From assembly GCA_000004985.1 (NCBI GenBank), contig GG738872.1: 64,000 nucleotides of DNA; one strand, 5' to 3'. Below the pieces are notes generated by a model. It was not told where the DNA came from and made no database searches. It was given only the letters and a program-made list of their open reading frames with translations. How positions within the stretch are numbered: the stretch's first letter is position 1; each line of letters begins with the position of its first letter. The position numbers and the translations under genes are program-made. Positions 21,028-32,476 of this stretch are shown here, one piece after another. This DNA is from Naegleria gruberi (Eukaryota).

Positions 21028-22263
21028 ATGGAATATGAAGAAGGCAAAGTTGACATCTTTGCCACCACTGAAGAGGTATCTGATGTGCACTCATTCTTAG
21101 ACTTGTTAGGTTACTCAAATCTAGACTTGCAACAGGCTAACACCCTACCACTAGTAGAACACAACCTCAATGGTCCACCTACCAACCAACCTCAACCAGC
21201 CAACCAAGGCTTTGATAACCTTGTTCAATCATCTGATCCGAACTCTCTTTTGCATCAAGCAAATGATACCAACATGAATCAACATTTGAATTATCAATCC
21301 AACTATCCTTCACTCAATCAAACTCCATCTCTTAATTTCAATCAAGGCCTTCAACAACCAAACAATTCCTTCCAACACTGCTATCCATTATTTAATGAAT
21401 CTCCTCCAGCACTATTCAATCAAGGCTTCCATCCTCCAATAATGACCAATCCTTTCATGGAAGAACACAATGTTGAACATATCATCATCATGTTGACACA
21501 ATTGAATTCTCTTATTGATAGTTGTAAGAATGCTCCTATTAATCAATCCATGAAGGAAAGACTTTGTTATCAATTAGAAATCATCCAAAATAATTCTAAG
21601 GATATGTTGCTTAAACTTAATTCTCAACCAATCATTGATATAGAGGCTCTAACAAAGAATTGGAAACTCAGAGAAGCCACTGGAAATATTCCTGCTGGAC
21701 CAAAGAGAAAACAATACGATGAAATAATGGAGAGTCATAGCAAGACTCTGTCTACACTCCAAAGACAAGAGAAGGCACAGGCCATAGCCAAGATCTGGAA
21801 GGAGGTGAAGTACCATATTGCTCTCTCTGAAAAAACCTTACTCTCTCCTGAAAGTGGTATTATAAATTATTTAGGCTATTGTAAATCCGAATCATTCGAT
21901 CCGTTTACTAAAAGAATTGATGGCGTTCATGTCAATCCTGACACCTACAATTCCTGGTTGATTTGGCTTGTAGAATCCCACATTAATAATAAGACTTACA
22001 AGTTCGGCTCTGTACAAAGATATTATACTGCAGCAAAGGCATGGTGTACTAGACATAACATTAAATGGCCAACCGATACTAAGAGTTACGACTCAATCAT
22101 GACACTCAAGGCTTCTTCAAATCTGTTAGAAACTGAAGAATCAAGAACATCAATTCTCCCACCTGTAGATATTTATACCGAGGTCAATAAGGAAAGAAAA
22201 GAGGGTAATGAGGTAAAGAGAAAGAGAAATGATGAGGAATTTGTTGTTTCAAAAAAGAAATAA
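21028..22263 (+). CDS. Hypothetical Q/N/P-rich protein with a conserved-looking ~130-aa C-terminal globular domain
   Basis: Probable ATG at 21028 (MEYEEGKVDIF...); the track start 20986 is TTG. The N-terminal half is Q/N/P low complexity. The C-terminal region ...YLGYCKSESFDPFTKRIDGVHVNPDTYNSWLIWLVESHINNKTYKFGSVQRYYTAAKAWCTRHNIKW... has the feel of an integrase-type core-binding/SAM-like fold, which is speculative. Ends in a K/R-rich tail. Confidence 0.45.
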   Translation: MEYEEGKVDIFATTEEVSDVHSFLDLLGYSNLDLQQANTLPLVEHNLNGPPTNQPQPANQGFDNLVQSSDPNSLLHQANDTNMNQHLNYQSNYPSLNQTPSLNFNQGLQQPNNSFQHCYPLFNESPPALFNQGFHPPIMTNPFMEEHNVEHIIIMLTQLNSLIDSCKNAPINQSMKERLCYQLEIIQNNSKDMLLKLNSQPIIDIEALTKNWKLREATGNIPAGPKRKQYDEIMESHSKTLSTLQRQEKAQAIAKIWKEVKYHIALSEKTLLSPESGIINYLGYCKSESFDPFTKRIDGVHVNPDTYNSWLIWLVESHINNKTYKFGSVQRYYTAAKAWCTRHNIKWPTDTKSYDSIMTLKASSNLLETEESRTSILPPVDIYTEVNKERKEGNEVKRKRNDEEFVVSKKK

Positions 22264-22487
22264 ATTTATTTGCCAATTAAAAATTACTCTTCAATTTTTA
22301 TGCAATTTTCATCATTAATTAAGGGAGACTTAGATTGCAATTAAATTACTCTTCACAGATAATGTAGTGAAAGATATTAGAAATGTGTCAAATCCATTTA
22401 TAGTAAAATTGACATTTCTTGTCAAGCTGCCATAAAAACCTATATTTGATAATTTTTATGTTTTATTATGATTGCAATGACAGAATT

Positions 22488-22925
22488 TTAATTTCTTGGC
22501 TTTTCCTTCTTTCCTTTGTAAAGGGCCAAGAGGGAGACACCAGCAACTTTGACGACCTTGAAACGGACTCCCGGAATATCACCAACAGAGTGACCAGCTC
22601 TACCGAAACCAGAAACCAAAACTTCATCGTTTTCTTCGAGGAAGAGCAAACAACCGTCGTTTGGAACGAAAGCAGTGATCTTCTTACCATTCTTGACCAA
22701 TTGGACTCTGACACACTTACGAATAGCAGAGTTAGGTTGTTTGGCTTCAACACCGACCTTTTCAAGGATGATACCCTTAGCATGGGAAGCACCAGCGAAT
22801 GGGTTAGACTTGACCAAAGTACCTAAAGCGATCTTCTTATAGTCAATATCAGCCCATCTGGAATCTCTTCTGTTAGCCTTGATCTTTCTAGCGGCTTTAA
22901 TACCTCTTGGTTTACCTGAGCCCAT
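22488..22925 (-). CDS. RPS23: 40S ribosomal protein S23 (uS12), intronless, 145 aa
   Basis: Near-identity to eukaryotic RPS23 along its full length (...[82 protein letters not shown]). Confidence 0.97.
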   Translation of the reverse strand: MGSGKPRGIKAARKIKANRRDSRWADIDYKKIALGTLVKSNPFAGASHAKGIILEKVGVEAKQPNSAIRKCVRVQLVKNGKKITAFVPNDGCLLFLEENDEVLVSGFGRAGHSVGDIPGVRFKVVKVAGVSLLALYKGKKEKPRN

Positions 22926-23272
22926 CGTGAATTCTAATATGATTGAAATAAATTGTTATGAAGAGGAAGGCGTCAAGATAAGAAGACTGTATGAGGTTGA
23001 ATGCAAACTTACATTTTTGATATTTTTTTTTCAACAAAATTATTAAAAATTTTATCGGTTGATTGGGGATAATTTGGATTTTACAATGAAAAATTTTAAA
23101 AGGCAAAGCAGTAAATATCGAGATGAACAAGAAAAACCAAGAAATTAAAATGCATTTGATACACCTCTAGATTGAATGTTATTGATACACTCACCAATTA
23201 TTAGTGACTACAGTGTATCACTGAGGATTTCAAAAAACCATGTTATTAGTTTTTGCAACATCAGACCAATTT

Positions 23273-25312
23273 TTAAAAATCATCATCATATTGAATGGTC
23301 TTCTTCTTTGGAGGAGCTTGTTGTTGTGGTTTCTTAAAAGTAGTAGCAACTGTTGAGGTTTGTTTGCTTGGCTTTACGAGTGGAGAATCATTGAAGAGAG
23401 ACTCACCTCCATCACCTAAAATACCTGCCAACAGATCGTCATCATCGTCAATGAGTTGTTTTCTAGTGGTTGTTGTTGAAGACGGAAGATTTGCTTTCTG
23501 CTGCACTTGTTGTTGTGGAGGAGGTGGTTTAAATGTTGTTGTGGATGCAACTGTTGAGGTTTGTTTGTTTGGAATAGTGGTTGGGGCAGTAATATTTCCA
23601 CTACTACTACTGGATAGAGATGATGTCGATTTAGAACTAAGATTGGATGGAAATAAATCCTCTCCGTCCAATATACCTGCCAATGGATCATCATCATCGT
23701 CATGGAAGAGAACAGTCTTTTTCGGAGGATTAGATGTTGCAGCCGTAGTATTGGAGGAAGACGATTTGGTAGACATCTTATTATTATTAGTAAAGGGATT
23801 ACTTGAGGGAACAACTTGCTTAGTATTGGTAACAGACTTTTGAGAGGAGAGATTACTGATACCACTCAGATTAAGACTAGCTAAGTTGTTGGTGGGAGTA
23901 CTGGTTGCAAGAGGTGGAGTCTTGTTAAATATTGGAGGTGTGAAAGGAGGAACAATAATATTACCTGCTGGTTTTGGAGTTTCCAGTTGCTGCTGGTTGT
24001 CTAGTTGATCACTATTATTGATAAGGGGTGGTGAGGATGGAACAGAGAGGGAATGATTAGAACTATCATCAAAGAGTGGATCATTGAAAGAGTCTTTGAG
24101 TAGGGCAGATTCTTCATCGAGTGGTGATTTTCTTCTCTTTCCTCCACTGTCATTGAGTGAGTTTTGTGAGGATATTGAGTCAACTTTACGCTTGTGAGTA
24201 GAGACAACTTCTGGTGATGCAGCATAGTTGGTTCGAGGTGTTGTGAATGGTTGGGATAAATCCAAATTACTATCATCATCCAAAGTAATTTGAGGTGTTT
24301 CAACTGGTTTAAATTTGGAAGAGAATGGATTGTCTTGTTGTTGAGGAGTGGAAAATGTGGGTGGTTTTGGTTTGATAAAGGTGGTTTTTCCAGTTGTTGG
24401 AGGAGGTTGATGTTGTGAAATAGGTTTTGATTGTTGAACTGGTGGTGGATTAAATTGTTTCATTATTACTGGTTGAGAGGATAGAGTTTCCTCTTCTTCC
24501 TCATCTTTGTGCTGATTCAAAAATCTGGTTGGAGTAAATTCATCCAAACTATCAATATTTCTATCAAAAGTAAATTCATCACCATTTCTTTCATGCTTGT
24601 TCGATCTGTTGTTATCAACAAGCATGGAATTTTCCTCATTTTCACTCACCCAAACCTTGGCAGTATTCTTTTCAGAAATAATCAGGTGAAACTTTAAAGG
24701 TTTAGGACAATATATTTGAATCTTTTTCAATAAAACAACAGTTCCAACAGTCAAAATGTTAGTATTCTTTTCAATGGCTTTTTTAGAAATAGTTCCTTCA
24801 ATTTCAGTATCTGATTCCAATTCTCCAAAAAGAACATGGGCTGATTCATTACTATCATAATGTAATATTTGTCTGATAATTACTGGTAAAAGTGGAATCT
24901 TTTCTTTAGAGGTTGTAGAACGATTATTTTGAATCTTTTCCAATGACGTTAGAAACTTGGTTTGTCCTCTCTGTTCCACAATACTTTTCATTTCTTTCCA
25001 ATTTTCCATTTCATGTAATGTTGGTTTTCTTTGTTTTTTAGCATTCAAAGGTTGTCGTTGTTGTGTTGCTGTCAAGGTGTGGTGATGAGTTAAATGGTTG
25101 GATCCAGAATTACTTCCTCTCAAGAGAAAAGAAATCGGACCAGGAATATCATCACGAGGATTATTTTCATAATTTTCCATAGATACCATTCGTTCTTCAT
25201 TTATATCATCTTCAATCATTCCGAATACTGCATCATGATCCAAAAGACAATGATCAGGATTGTATACGTTGGATTCATAACCCTGCTCTTCGTCATCGTC
25301 TCTATGCGCCAT
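23273..25312 (-). CDS. Hypothetical low-complexity (S/T/P/N/Q-rich) protein with a possible N-terminal OB-fold and two C-terminal acidic 'DDDDD-LAGIL-x-LF' motifs
   Basis: ATG at 25312. Residues ~130-210 (IPLLPVIIRQIL...AHVLFGELESDTEIEGTISKKAIEK..ILTVGTVVLLKKIQIY.PKPLKFHLII) show an alternating hydrophobic pattern typical of OB-folds (RMI1-N/HROB-DUF4539-like). Two repeats: KTVLFHDDDDDPLAGILDGEDLFPS and QLIDDDDDLLAGILGDGGESLFNDSP. Confidence 0.5.
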   Translation of the reverse strand: MAHRDDDEEQGYESNVYNPDHCLLDHDAVFGMIEDDINEERMVSMENYENNPRDDIPGPISFLLRGSNSGSNHLTHHHTLTATQQRQPLNAKKQRKPTLHEMENWKEMKSIVEQRGQTKFLTSLEKIQNNRSTTSKEKIPLLPVIIRQILHYDSNESAHVLFGELESDTEIEGTISKKAIEKNTNILTVGTVVLLKKIQIYCPKPLKFHLIISEKNTAKVWVSENEENSMLVDNNRSNKHERNGDEFTFDRNIDSLDEFTPTRFLNQHKDEEEEETLSSQPVIMKQFNPPPVQQSKPISQHQPPPTTGKTTFIKPKPPTFSTPQQQDNPFSSKFKPVETPQITLDDDSNLDLSQPFTTPRTNYAASPEVVSTHKRKVDSISSQNSLNDSGGKRRKSPLDEESALLKDSFNDPLFDDSSNHSLSVPSSPPLINNSDQLDNQQQLETPKPAGNIIVPPFTPPIFNKTPPLATSTPTNNLASLNLSGISNLSSQKSVTNTKQVVPSSNPFTNNNKMSTKSSSSNTTAATSNPPKKTVLFHDDDDDPLAGILDGEDLFPSNLSSKSTSSLSSSSSGNITAPTTIPNKQTSTVASTTTFKPPPPQQQVQQKANLPSSTTTTRKQLIDDDDDLLAGILGDGGESLFNDSPLVKPSKQTSTVATTFKKPQQQAPPKKKTIQYDDDF

Positions 25313-25401
25313 TTTTTTTATGTTGGTAAAAATACATTTCCAATGTTTTTTGGAAATGTAATAATATTGAAATTAAATAATTTGAAAACAAAGTAATTTA
25401 T

Positions 25402-26835
25402 TTACTCATTACAATTTGAATAATACTCCTTAACTGAAGAGTGGCTGATAGAACCAGCAAAACATCTTTCTTTGCAATTGTTGTAAAAATTTTCCATCAA
25501 TTCTAGTTCACCATCAATCCATCTAGTATCTATGGTATTGTAAATAATTAACAATTGCATGCAATTATCACTACCTTCTTTGAAATAGGTATCATTAAGC
25601 ATCTGCATAACTTGACCATCTTTCCAAACAAAGATCTGCTCCTCGTTATAACCCCAATATCCAGAAATGAGTTCCAAGCAGATTAATTGATCTAAAACTT
25701 CAATCTTTGATATTGATTCATAGTCAAAGAATCGTTTCAAACTAAGGTGAATAATTTTGGGAAAGGTAGATTTTTTGATATTTTCCAATAAGTTTTTTTC
25801 TATGAGCATGTATCTTTCTTTATCACGCGAAATATGTTCTTCATCTTCTAGAGCAATTGAAAGAAGTTTTAAATTTGGAAAATGGCACCCTTGTAACATG
25901 TCATTTACTTCATTGTACTCCTGTAAAGTAATAACAAGTGACAGGTATTGGAGAGAATTTGAAAAGTTAACTGAAGTGATGGTTGACCAAATTGTGACTG
26001 CAGTAATCGATAAATATTTTTTACAAATCTCCAAATCTTGTTCATTAAACTCATCCAATATTAATCCTAAACATCCTTCTCCTAATTTTTTAGAGCTAAG
26101 TTGTAATGACAACAATGTGTGTTCGTTGTTGTGATAGGACAGATAGTAGCTTTCAACTCTTTTTTCAGAATCAAAGTTGGGGACCATTTCCAAACTCATA
26201 ATGTGAGCCTTATAAACAAATAGTTCATAAACTGAAATTCCAGTTTTTTCTCTTATTTTGAGATATTTGGATTTTGATGTAATCATGTGAGACATTCTTT
26301 CTTCAAAATCAGTTTCAATATTTGACATTACAGTTTTTGCTTCCATCTCGTAGAGATCATTGTAAATGTCAGCCTTAATACATGTATTAGCCATTGAACT
26401 TGCACTACTTTGAATCCCCATTTCAATATTTTCTAAAGTTGTCTGTATAAGTGCCATATTTAAAGCTTCGTGGTCATAAAGATCTCCATATGTAAGGTAC
26501 AGGCCTGAAAAATCTTCAAATCTGGTGAAATAGTTTGTCAATTCTACTAAATTAGAAACATTTAGCCAGAAATTACCAACAACAGTAAAATCTCCAAGAT
26601 TATCAAAATCGGAAACAAATAGTCGATTACGTAAATCTGAACAAATACAACTCAATGAATTAATTCCTTTCAAATTATCAAAATCAAATTTAAATATTTT
26701 AGCTTGAATTTCTCTAAGAGTACGGATGAATAACCATTTTTCAACTTCGTCTTTGTATTTACTGACCGGTCCGAGCAAGTACTCGAAAATATGTGAAAGC
26801 CACAACTCATCCGGCAGCTGACACAGGTGATTCAT
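25402..26835 (-). CDS. F-box-like protein with a leucine-rich C-terminal region
   Basis: Probable ATG at 26835 (MNHLCQLPDELWLSHIFEYLLG = F-box consensus LP.E.L..IF..L); the track start 26865 is GTG. The remainder is Leu-rich (LRR-like). Confidence 0.55.
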   Translation of the reverse strand: MNHLCQLPDELWLSHIFEYLLGPVSKYKDEVEKWLFIRTLREIQAKIFKFDFDNLKGINSLSCICSDLRNRLFVSDFDNLGDFTVVGNFWLNVSNLVELTNYFTRFEDFSGLYLTYGDLYDHEALNMALIQTTLENIEMGIQSSASSMANTCIKADIYNDLYEMEAKTVMSNIETDFEERMSHMITSKSKYLKIREKTGISVYELFVYKAHIMSLEMVPNFDSEKRVESYYLSYHNNEHTLLSLQLSSKKLGEGCLGLILDEFNEQDLEICKKYLSITAVTIWSTITSVNFSNSLQYLSLVITLQEYNEVNDMLQGCHFPNLKLLSIALEDEEHISRDKERYMLIEKNLLENIKKSTFPKIIHLSLKRFFDYESISKIEVLDQLICLELISGYWGYNEEQIFVWKDGQVMQMLNDTYFKEGSDNCMQLLIIYNTIDTRWIDGELELMENFYNNCKERCFAGSISHSSVKEYYSNCNE

Positions 26836-26988
26836 TTTTTTAAAAGTCTTTTTTTGAAATTGCACATTGTGTCGATGGATGACATATTATACCTTTATCT
26901 CAATACCTCACTCTACTAATGAATGTCAAGTTGAATTTCTGCTCTTAAATATTCCTCCTCCGACTGTTACCATTAAAACCTTAAAAAA

Positions 26989-28056
26989 ATGAGTCTACAT
27001 GATCGATTGGTAATACCCTTAAGATCCTCTCCAACAAAAGACGCCTCCTCACCAGAGAATTCTAAGAAGAATAAGTTGCAACATCTTCGTGTAAATATAG
27101 TGCCAAAAGAAGGTGAGAGGGCCCGATCTTTTTCTCAGAGTTTTTCTGTGAGTAATCCTCCAAAAGCAAAGTCTTTGAGGAAAAGTTTAGGAACTTCATC
27201 AGTTGCGGATTCACCAATCGGATCACCATTGCTTGCATCGACATCATTATTAGAGTGTTCTTCACCAAGGAGAATATCAATGTCATCAATGAATGCTCGA
27301 CATACTCTAATTGGTTCCTCACCTCTCATGGGAAGATTATTGTTTGAGGATTCTTCTCCAACCAGTTCATCGTGCAGTAGCTTTTCGATGAGTGTAAATA
27401 ATAATATTAAGGATACAGGTTTCTTTGCAAATTTTGAAAAGAAGAATATTTCTTTTGTCACCTCAATGCCACTAAGAAAACTTCGATTTGTAAAATATGA
27501 TTCAGAAGATCCACCGAAGAGGGAAGAGCAATCCAAAGAAAAGAGCTATCCAAGCTTTATTCATGAGGTGTACAAATTTAATGATCTAAAGTTGGATGCT
27601 TGTAAAAACCAATTTAAAGTTAGTAATGAAAATGAGGAAATGATCAGAGATTTTATAGATGACATTCACCACTTAAAGGAACGGGAAGGATTTAATACTA
27701 ATATTTTGGACGTATCAGTTACACGAGAATACTTCTCAGAAAAGAAACTGTCCACAATGGAGGAGCAATTACTGAAAAGTATCAATTCCATTCTATTTCC
27801 AAATATTAAGAGTATTGTGGATAACCCTAATAATTTCATGTCCACTTCAAGAGAAATAGTTGCTGAGCTTCCACTAAAAGTTCCACGATTGAGACTAATT
27901 ATGCAATTATATAATACTGACACTGTGAATGCTCTTTTATTACTAATGACCAGTTGGTGTACAGGTTACAAAGTGAGAAGGTGGTACAAACGATTGAGAA
28001 ATTCATGTATTATTATTCAGAGATGGTGGAGAAGTAATAAGAAACGAAAGAACTAG
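26989..28056 (+). CDS. Hypothetical Ser-rich protein with C-terminal IQ-like (calmodulin-binding) motifs
   Basis: ATG at 26989. The C-terminus ...NALLLLMTSWCTGYKVRRWYKRLRNSCIIIQRWWRSNKKRKN has the (I/L)QxxxRGxxxR-like basic-amphipathic IQ pattern. Confidence 0.45.
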   Translation: MSLHDRLVIPLRSSPTKDASSPENSKKNKLQHLRVNIVPKEGERARSFSQSFSVSNPPKAKSLRKSLGTSSVADSPIGSPLLASTSLLECSSPRRISMSSMNARHTLIGSSPLMGRLLFEDSSPTSSSCSSFSMSVNNNIKDTGFFANFEKKNISFVTSMPLRKLRFVKYDSEDPPKREEQSKEKSYPSFIHEVYKFNDLKLDACKNQFKVSNENEEMIRDFIDDIHHLKEREGFNTNILDVSVTREYFSEKKLSTMEEQLLKSINSILFPNIKSIVDNPNNFMSTSREIVAELPLKVPRLRLIMQLYNTDTVNALLLLMTSWCTGYKVRRWYKRLRNSCIIIQRWWRSNKKRKN

Positions 28057-28148
28057 CTACCATCAGCTTATCAGGTAGAATAAATAGTGGTTTTGTTTCA
28101 ACCAACTTATCAATAAAATATTTGATGATGGTGTGAATAATAAAAAAT

Positions 28149-31100
28149 ATGAGCACAACTCCATCACTCCGTGCTAAAATTTCAGCCAAACGAAAAGGAA
28201 GAGCTGCAACATCGGCTTCTTCTGCTGTTAGTAACACAGCCACCAAGCAAGAGTTGGCCTCTAGAGCTGTTATTTCAACATCAGCTCCTCAAGAACAATC
28301 AAGTTATTATCAATTTTCGGAGGCTTTGAAGGCTAATGCCCCTCTTGCTTTTACCATGTTTGAATCTGTTTTAAAGAAGAGAGATGTTAATACAGGAAAT
28401 TGGAAAACAATGTGTATATCTATTGAAGCTATAACGGAAACAATTTACAAACAAAAACAACCACTCCAACCGACATCATTCTATGGAGCAATTCTTAAAA
28501 CACTTGCTTCTTCACAAAGCGATGCTAAAAACTGTGCATCACTTCTTCAACTCTTTTCAATTGTTGTTGAACAGTAAGTTTTTTCAAATTGATACGGATT
28601 TTCTAATAGTTTTAGTATCAAACCTGCTGTTGTACACTCATCATTGGACTTTGTTGGACAAGCAATGACAAATATTCACCAAAGTATGGACAAGTTTGAA
28701 TATGTCACAATTCAACTCGTTCCTCTCCTTCTTCAAATTAATGCAAAATTAGGTGATGTTCCACCACAATCTCCACTTTTCCCAAAGAAACAACAATTAG
28801 AAAAATTAATATTTTCATTCCTTTTTGATACTAGAGTTCAAGTTAGAGAAAAATGTATTCAAACTATCCAACAATTGATGGAAAAGAACCAATTATTCTT
28901 AACTGAGGACGAAATGGTTTCAGTTTATCTTATTGAACAATACCAAACATCAAGTAAGACTAGAAATGCTGAAATTGCAATGTCAGTCATTAAAGGAATT
29001 GGATGTTTGAGTGAAAAATTAGGCGAGAAGAATATAGTAGTAGTATTACAAAAAACTTTGGACATTTTATTGAAGGGAAATTCAAACAATTTACCTGCCA
29101 ATATTTGTGCTGAAATTTATAGAACACTTAAAAACATTTTTGATAACAATAAGAATATTGCCGCCCCTAGTATTGCTAAAGTGATAGATTTCCTTACTGA
29201 AAAAGTTTGTCCAACATTGAAGAGTGATGATCCAAAGAAGGTTATTGCCTACATTGTAATGATGACTCACGCCCACAAATGTCTTCATAGACTTGATAAG
29301 GAACTTTCTGCTAGTAGAGTTCACAAGTTTTTCAAATTAATTTTTGAATCACTTATTTTAGCAAAGAATGAATCAGAAGAAACCAGCTCTGCTGCATTCA
29401 CAAATCTTCAAAACTTGATTTGGAATTGTTTTGATGCTGAACTTTTTAGAGAAAGAAACAAGAATAGCTCAATGGATGATGATGAAGAATCTCCAATGTT
29501 GGCTATTGCTAACACATTGCAAACTGGATTGGATAATACTCATTATGCTAAATATGACTTGATTTCTCAACTTACCTTGGATACTATTTTGAAGATTGGT
29601 TTAGTTAGATCAAGAGGTATCAAAGTTTCATCAATCAACAATTGTGTTTTGGACTTTTTACTCTTTACTAGTGACGTCTTGCAAGATTTACTCAAGAGAG
29701 AATCTGATAAGAAGAAAGAAGGAGCCAGTGCACTTGAACAAACCACACTCAAAAATGCTAGATCTGTCTATTATTTGGAAAAGATTGTTGGATACTGTAT
29801 TCGTGTTTTGGGACCAGCCGAAGCATTCAAGGAAGGAGGTATTACATTTGATGGTTGGGTTTTGAGTATTTTGATCAATCATAAAGTTGATTACTCAAAT
29901 GTTCCTAACATGAAGATTGGACAAAATGATGAACAAGATCTTTCTAAACTTACTGGTATTTGTGTTAATGGACAACTTGCTTATTGGGTTAACGTTCTCT
30001 TACCAATGGCCAAGTCATTCTACGATAAGAGCAAGACTACTGAAGTTGATAGACATGGAAATAATTCCTTCTTGACTTTATATGAAAAGATTTGGGCATT
30101 GTTACCACAATTCTGTAGTTATCCAATCGATTTAGAATCACAATTTTCCACTATTGCTCCACTTTTGGGTGAAATGATCAATAGCAGTGCAAAGGAAGGT
30201 GTTGATTATCAAATCAAGATTGCTTGTTGTAACAGTTTGGCATTGACTATTAACACTTATCACAATATTGCAACAACTGGCAAAATTCCTGACAATATCT
30301 TTGGTTTGAATAAGAATATTTGTGAAAAGGGTCTTCGTGCTGTTGCTAACTTTAACAAACAATTTATTCCAATCCTCTTCAACTTGTATGTCGAACAAAA
30401 CTCTAAAGCCACAACAGCTGATCTTCAAAATGCTGTCGGTAAGGCCATTACTGCCTTCTTCTCAGTTTGTGATCATGCAACTGTTACTGACTACTTCAAG
30501 TTGGTTCTTAAGAAGATTTTAGAAATTAACTCCGAGTCTGATGAAGAGAAATTCTTTGGTTTCTTTGATTTATCTATTACAATGCTTAATTCTGTACCTA
30601 ATTCCTGTCTTGAAATTTATTACAAGTTCCTCATCCCATACCTTAAAATTACTACCAGTACCACACCTAAATTGCAAAAGAAAGCATACAAGGGATTATA
30701 CATTTTACTTTCATCATGGAAGAGAGATTCTGGTGTTGCAATGAAGAGGGAAACTATCGATGAAATTTTAACAATTTTCCAATCTATTGCTGAAATTACC
30801 ATGTCAAAGAAATTCAGAGTCAAGTGTTTCAACCTCTTGGTCACTAAATACCATGACTTGATTTTCAATAATCCACTTTCTACAATAATTATTGGTGAAT
30901 GTATTTTCAATATTGATAACACTGAAAATCAAAAGAGTAGAGATTTATCCATTTCCACTTTGAAGGCCTTTATTGATCCACTCATTGATAACAAATATAC
31001 ACAAGAACAAAAACAATCTAATGTGATAGATTTTGTTGTTAGAAGAGTTTTACCAGGTTTGTGTGGTAAATCAAATTCCATGATTGCTTCTACAATCAAC

Positions 31101-31916
31101 GCATTGTCTGAACTTCTTCCTTCTTACTCTAAATATTTACAACCAATTTTGAAGGATGTTTTCGACTCTGTGACAATTGTTTTACAAGATGAAAATGTTA
31201 AGGTTGTTTCATCATTGATGCAATTCTTCAAGAGATGTGTAACCTTATTCGATAAGGAAACACTCAAACCATACGTATCTCTTTATTTGAATACATTCTT
31301 TAACCATTCTAACGAGAAATCAGGAGGAACCAGTTTGAGAGTACAACTCAGATTCCTTGTCACTAAGCTTTTCAAAAAGTTCAGTTTTGATGAACTGAAG
31401 GATACTGTTACTGAAAAGGAACGTCATCACTTTTTGAAGAATACTTTCAAGAGTATGCACAGAGTAAAGAAGACAAAGAAGGATGGAGAAAAGGAAGAAG
31501 AAATGTCTGATGAAGAACCAGAAAAGAAGGAAGATTCTGAATTTGCTGTCAATAAGGGTAAATTGGTTATTAACGATCTACCAGAAGATGAAGATAAGGA
31601 CTCTGAAGAATCAAAGAAGTTCACCGAAAAGCAAAGAACTGTTGATCTCATTAAGCAATCTATTGCTAGAGGTGCACCAGTTTCAAAGAAGAAGGAACAA
31701 GAACTGAATGCTGACCAACTTTTCTTAGCCAAACTGGAAAAGAGAAAACACAAGAGAGAGACAAAGATTGTCTTTGGTGGAGCCAAAGTGAAAGGTCAAG
31801 GAGCTGTTGATCCTTATGCTTACATTCCACTCGATCCAAGAAGACTTAACAAGAGAGAAAGAAATAAGGAAAGTAATTTCCAAAAATTCGAAAGAATTAC
31901 CAAGAAGAAGAAATAA
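28149..31916 (+). CDS. RRP12: RRP12-like nucleolar HEAT-repeat pre-ribosome export factor. 2 exons (28149..28573, ~28616..31916), ~1241 aa.
   Basis: N-terminus (AFTMFESVLKKRDVNTGNWKTMCISIEAITETI) parallels human RRP12 ([29 protein letters not shown]). Internal FNKQFIPILFNLYVEQ parallels FAKNFLPILFNLYGQP. The C-terminal tail [24 protein letters not shown] parallels [23 protein letters not shown]. A 42-bp intron (CA|GTAAGTTTTTT...ttttag) restores the frame; an alternative acceptor 6 nt upstream is equally in-frame. Confidence 0.85.
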
Positions 31917-31975
31917 ATTATTACACACACAAATATTTTCAATTGTTTAGTGATCCAATTCTTCTTTATAAATTG

Positions 31976-32476
31976 TTAAAAACCCAAAATGTCATCTGCA
32001 GAGTTTCCAAATACTTGTGAATAGTCATACTTTGTTCTCAAATCTTTGTCACGAAGATGTCTCAATTCTACCTCACCCTTCCTATCTCGAATAAGCACAA
32101 ATGTTTCCTTCTGTGAATCTTGGGTGAGAAAAGGTGAGTCAAAAGTCCACATCCTCTCCTCCTTTCCCTCACCTAGAAAGACTTGAATTTTATCAATGTA
32201 ATATCTGGATTCTTCCTTTTCAGCTTCTTCATCATTCATTTGATTATCTGTAGAAGAAGCAGATGATGATGACGGTTGTAGAGGAGGTGATACAGTACTA
32301 TTCGATTGTAATTCATTCACCTCTTCAATTTTTTCAAACAAGTGAGCATGATTGATTTTTACTTGAAATTCTTCATAGATTGGAAGAGTTTCGTTTGGCT
32401 TGGCATAAAACACCCGAATAGCAACAACACCTTCTAATTCATTGATGATTCGAACACTGAATAATTTGGGAAACAT
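31976..32476 (-). CDS. Hypothetical 166-aa protein with an acidic/Ser-rich centre; no family recognised
   Basis: Single ORF MFPKLFSVRIINELEGVVAIRVFYAKPNETLPIYEEFQ...RMWTFDSPFLTQDSQKETFVLIRDRKGEVELRHL...; good coding bias. Confidence 0.4.
   Translation of the reverse strand: MFPKLFSVRIINELEGVVAIRVFYAKPNETLPIYEEFQVKINHAHLFEKIEEVNELQSNSTVSPPLQPSSSSASSTDNQMNDEEAEKEESRYYIDKIQVFLGEGKEERMWTFDSPFLTQDSQKETFVLIRDRKGEVELRHLRDKDLRTKYDYSQVFGNSADDILGF

Noticed and set aside
20986-22263. Mobile element (Crypton/DIRS-like tyrosine-recombinase element)
   Set aside because: No recombinase catalytic domain, no terminal inverted or direct repeats, no target-site duplication, and no second ORF. At most a domesticated DNA-binding module; this is retained only as a speculative finding.
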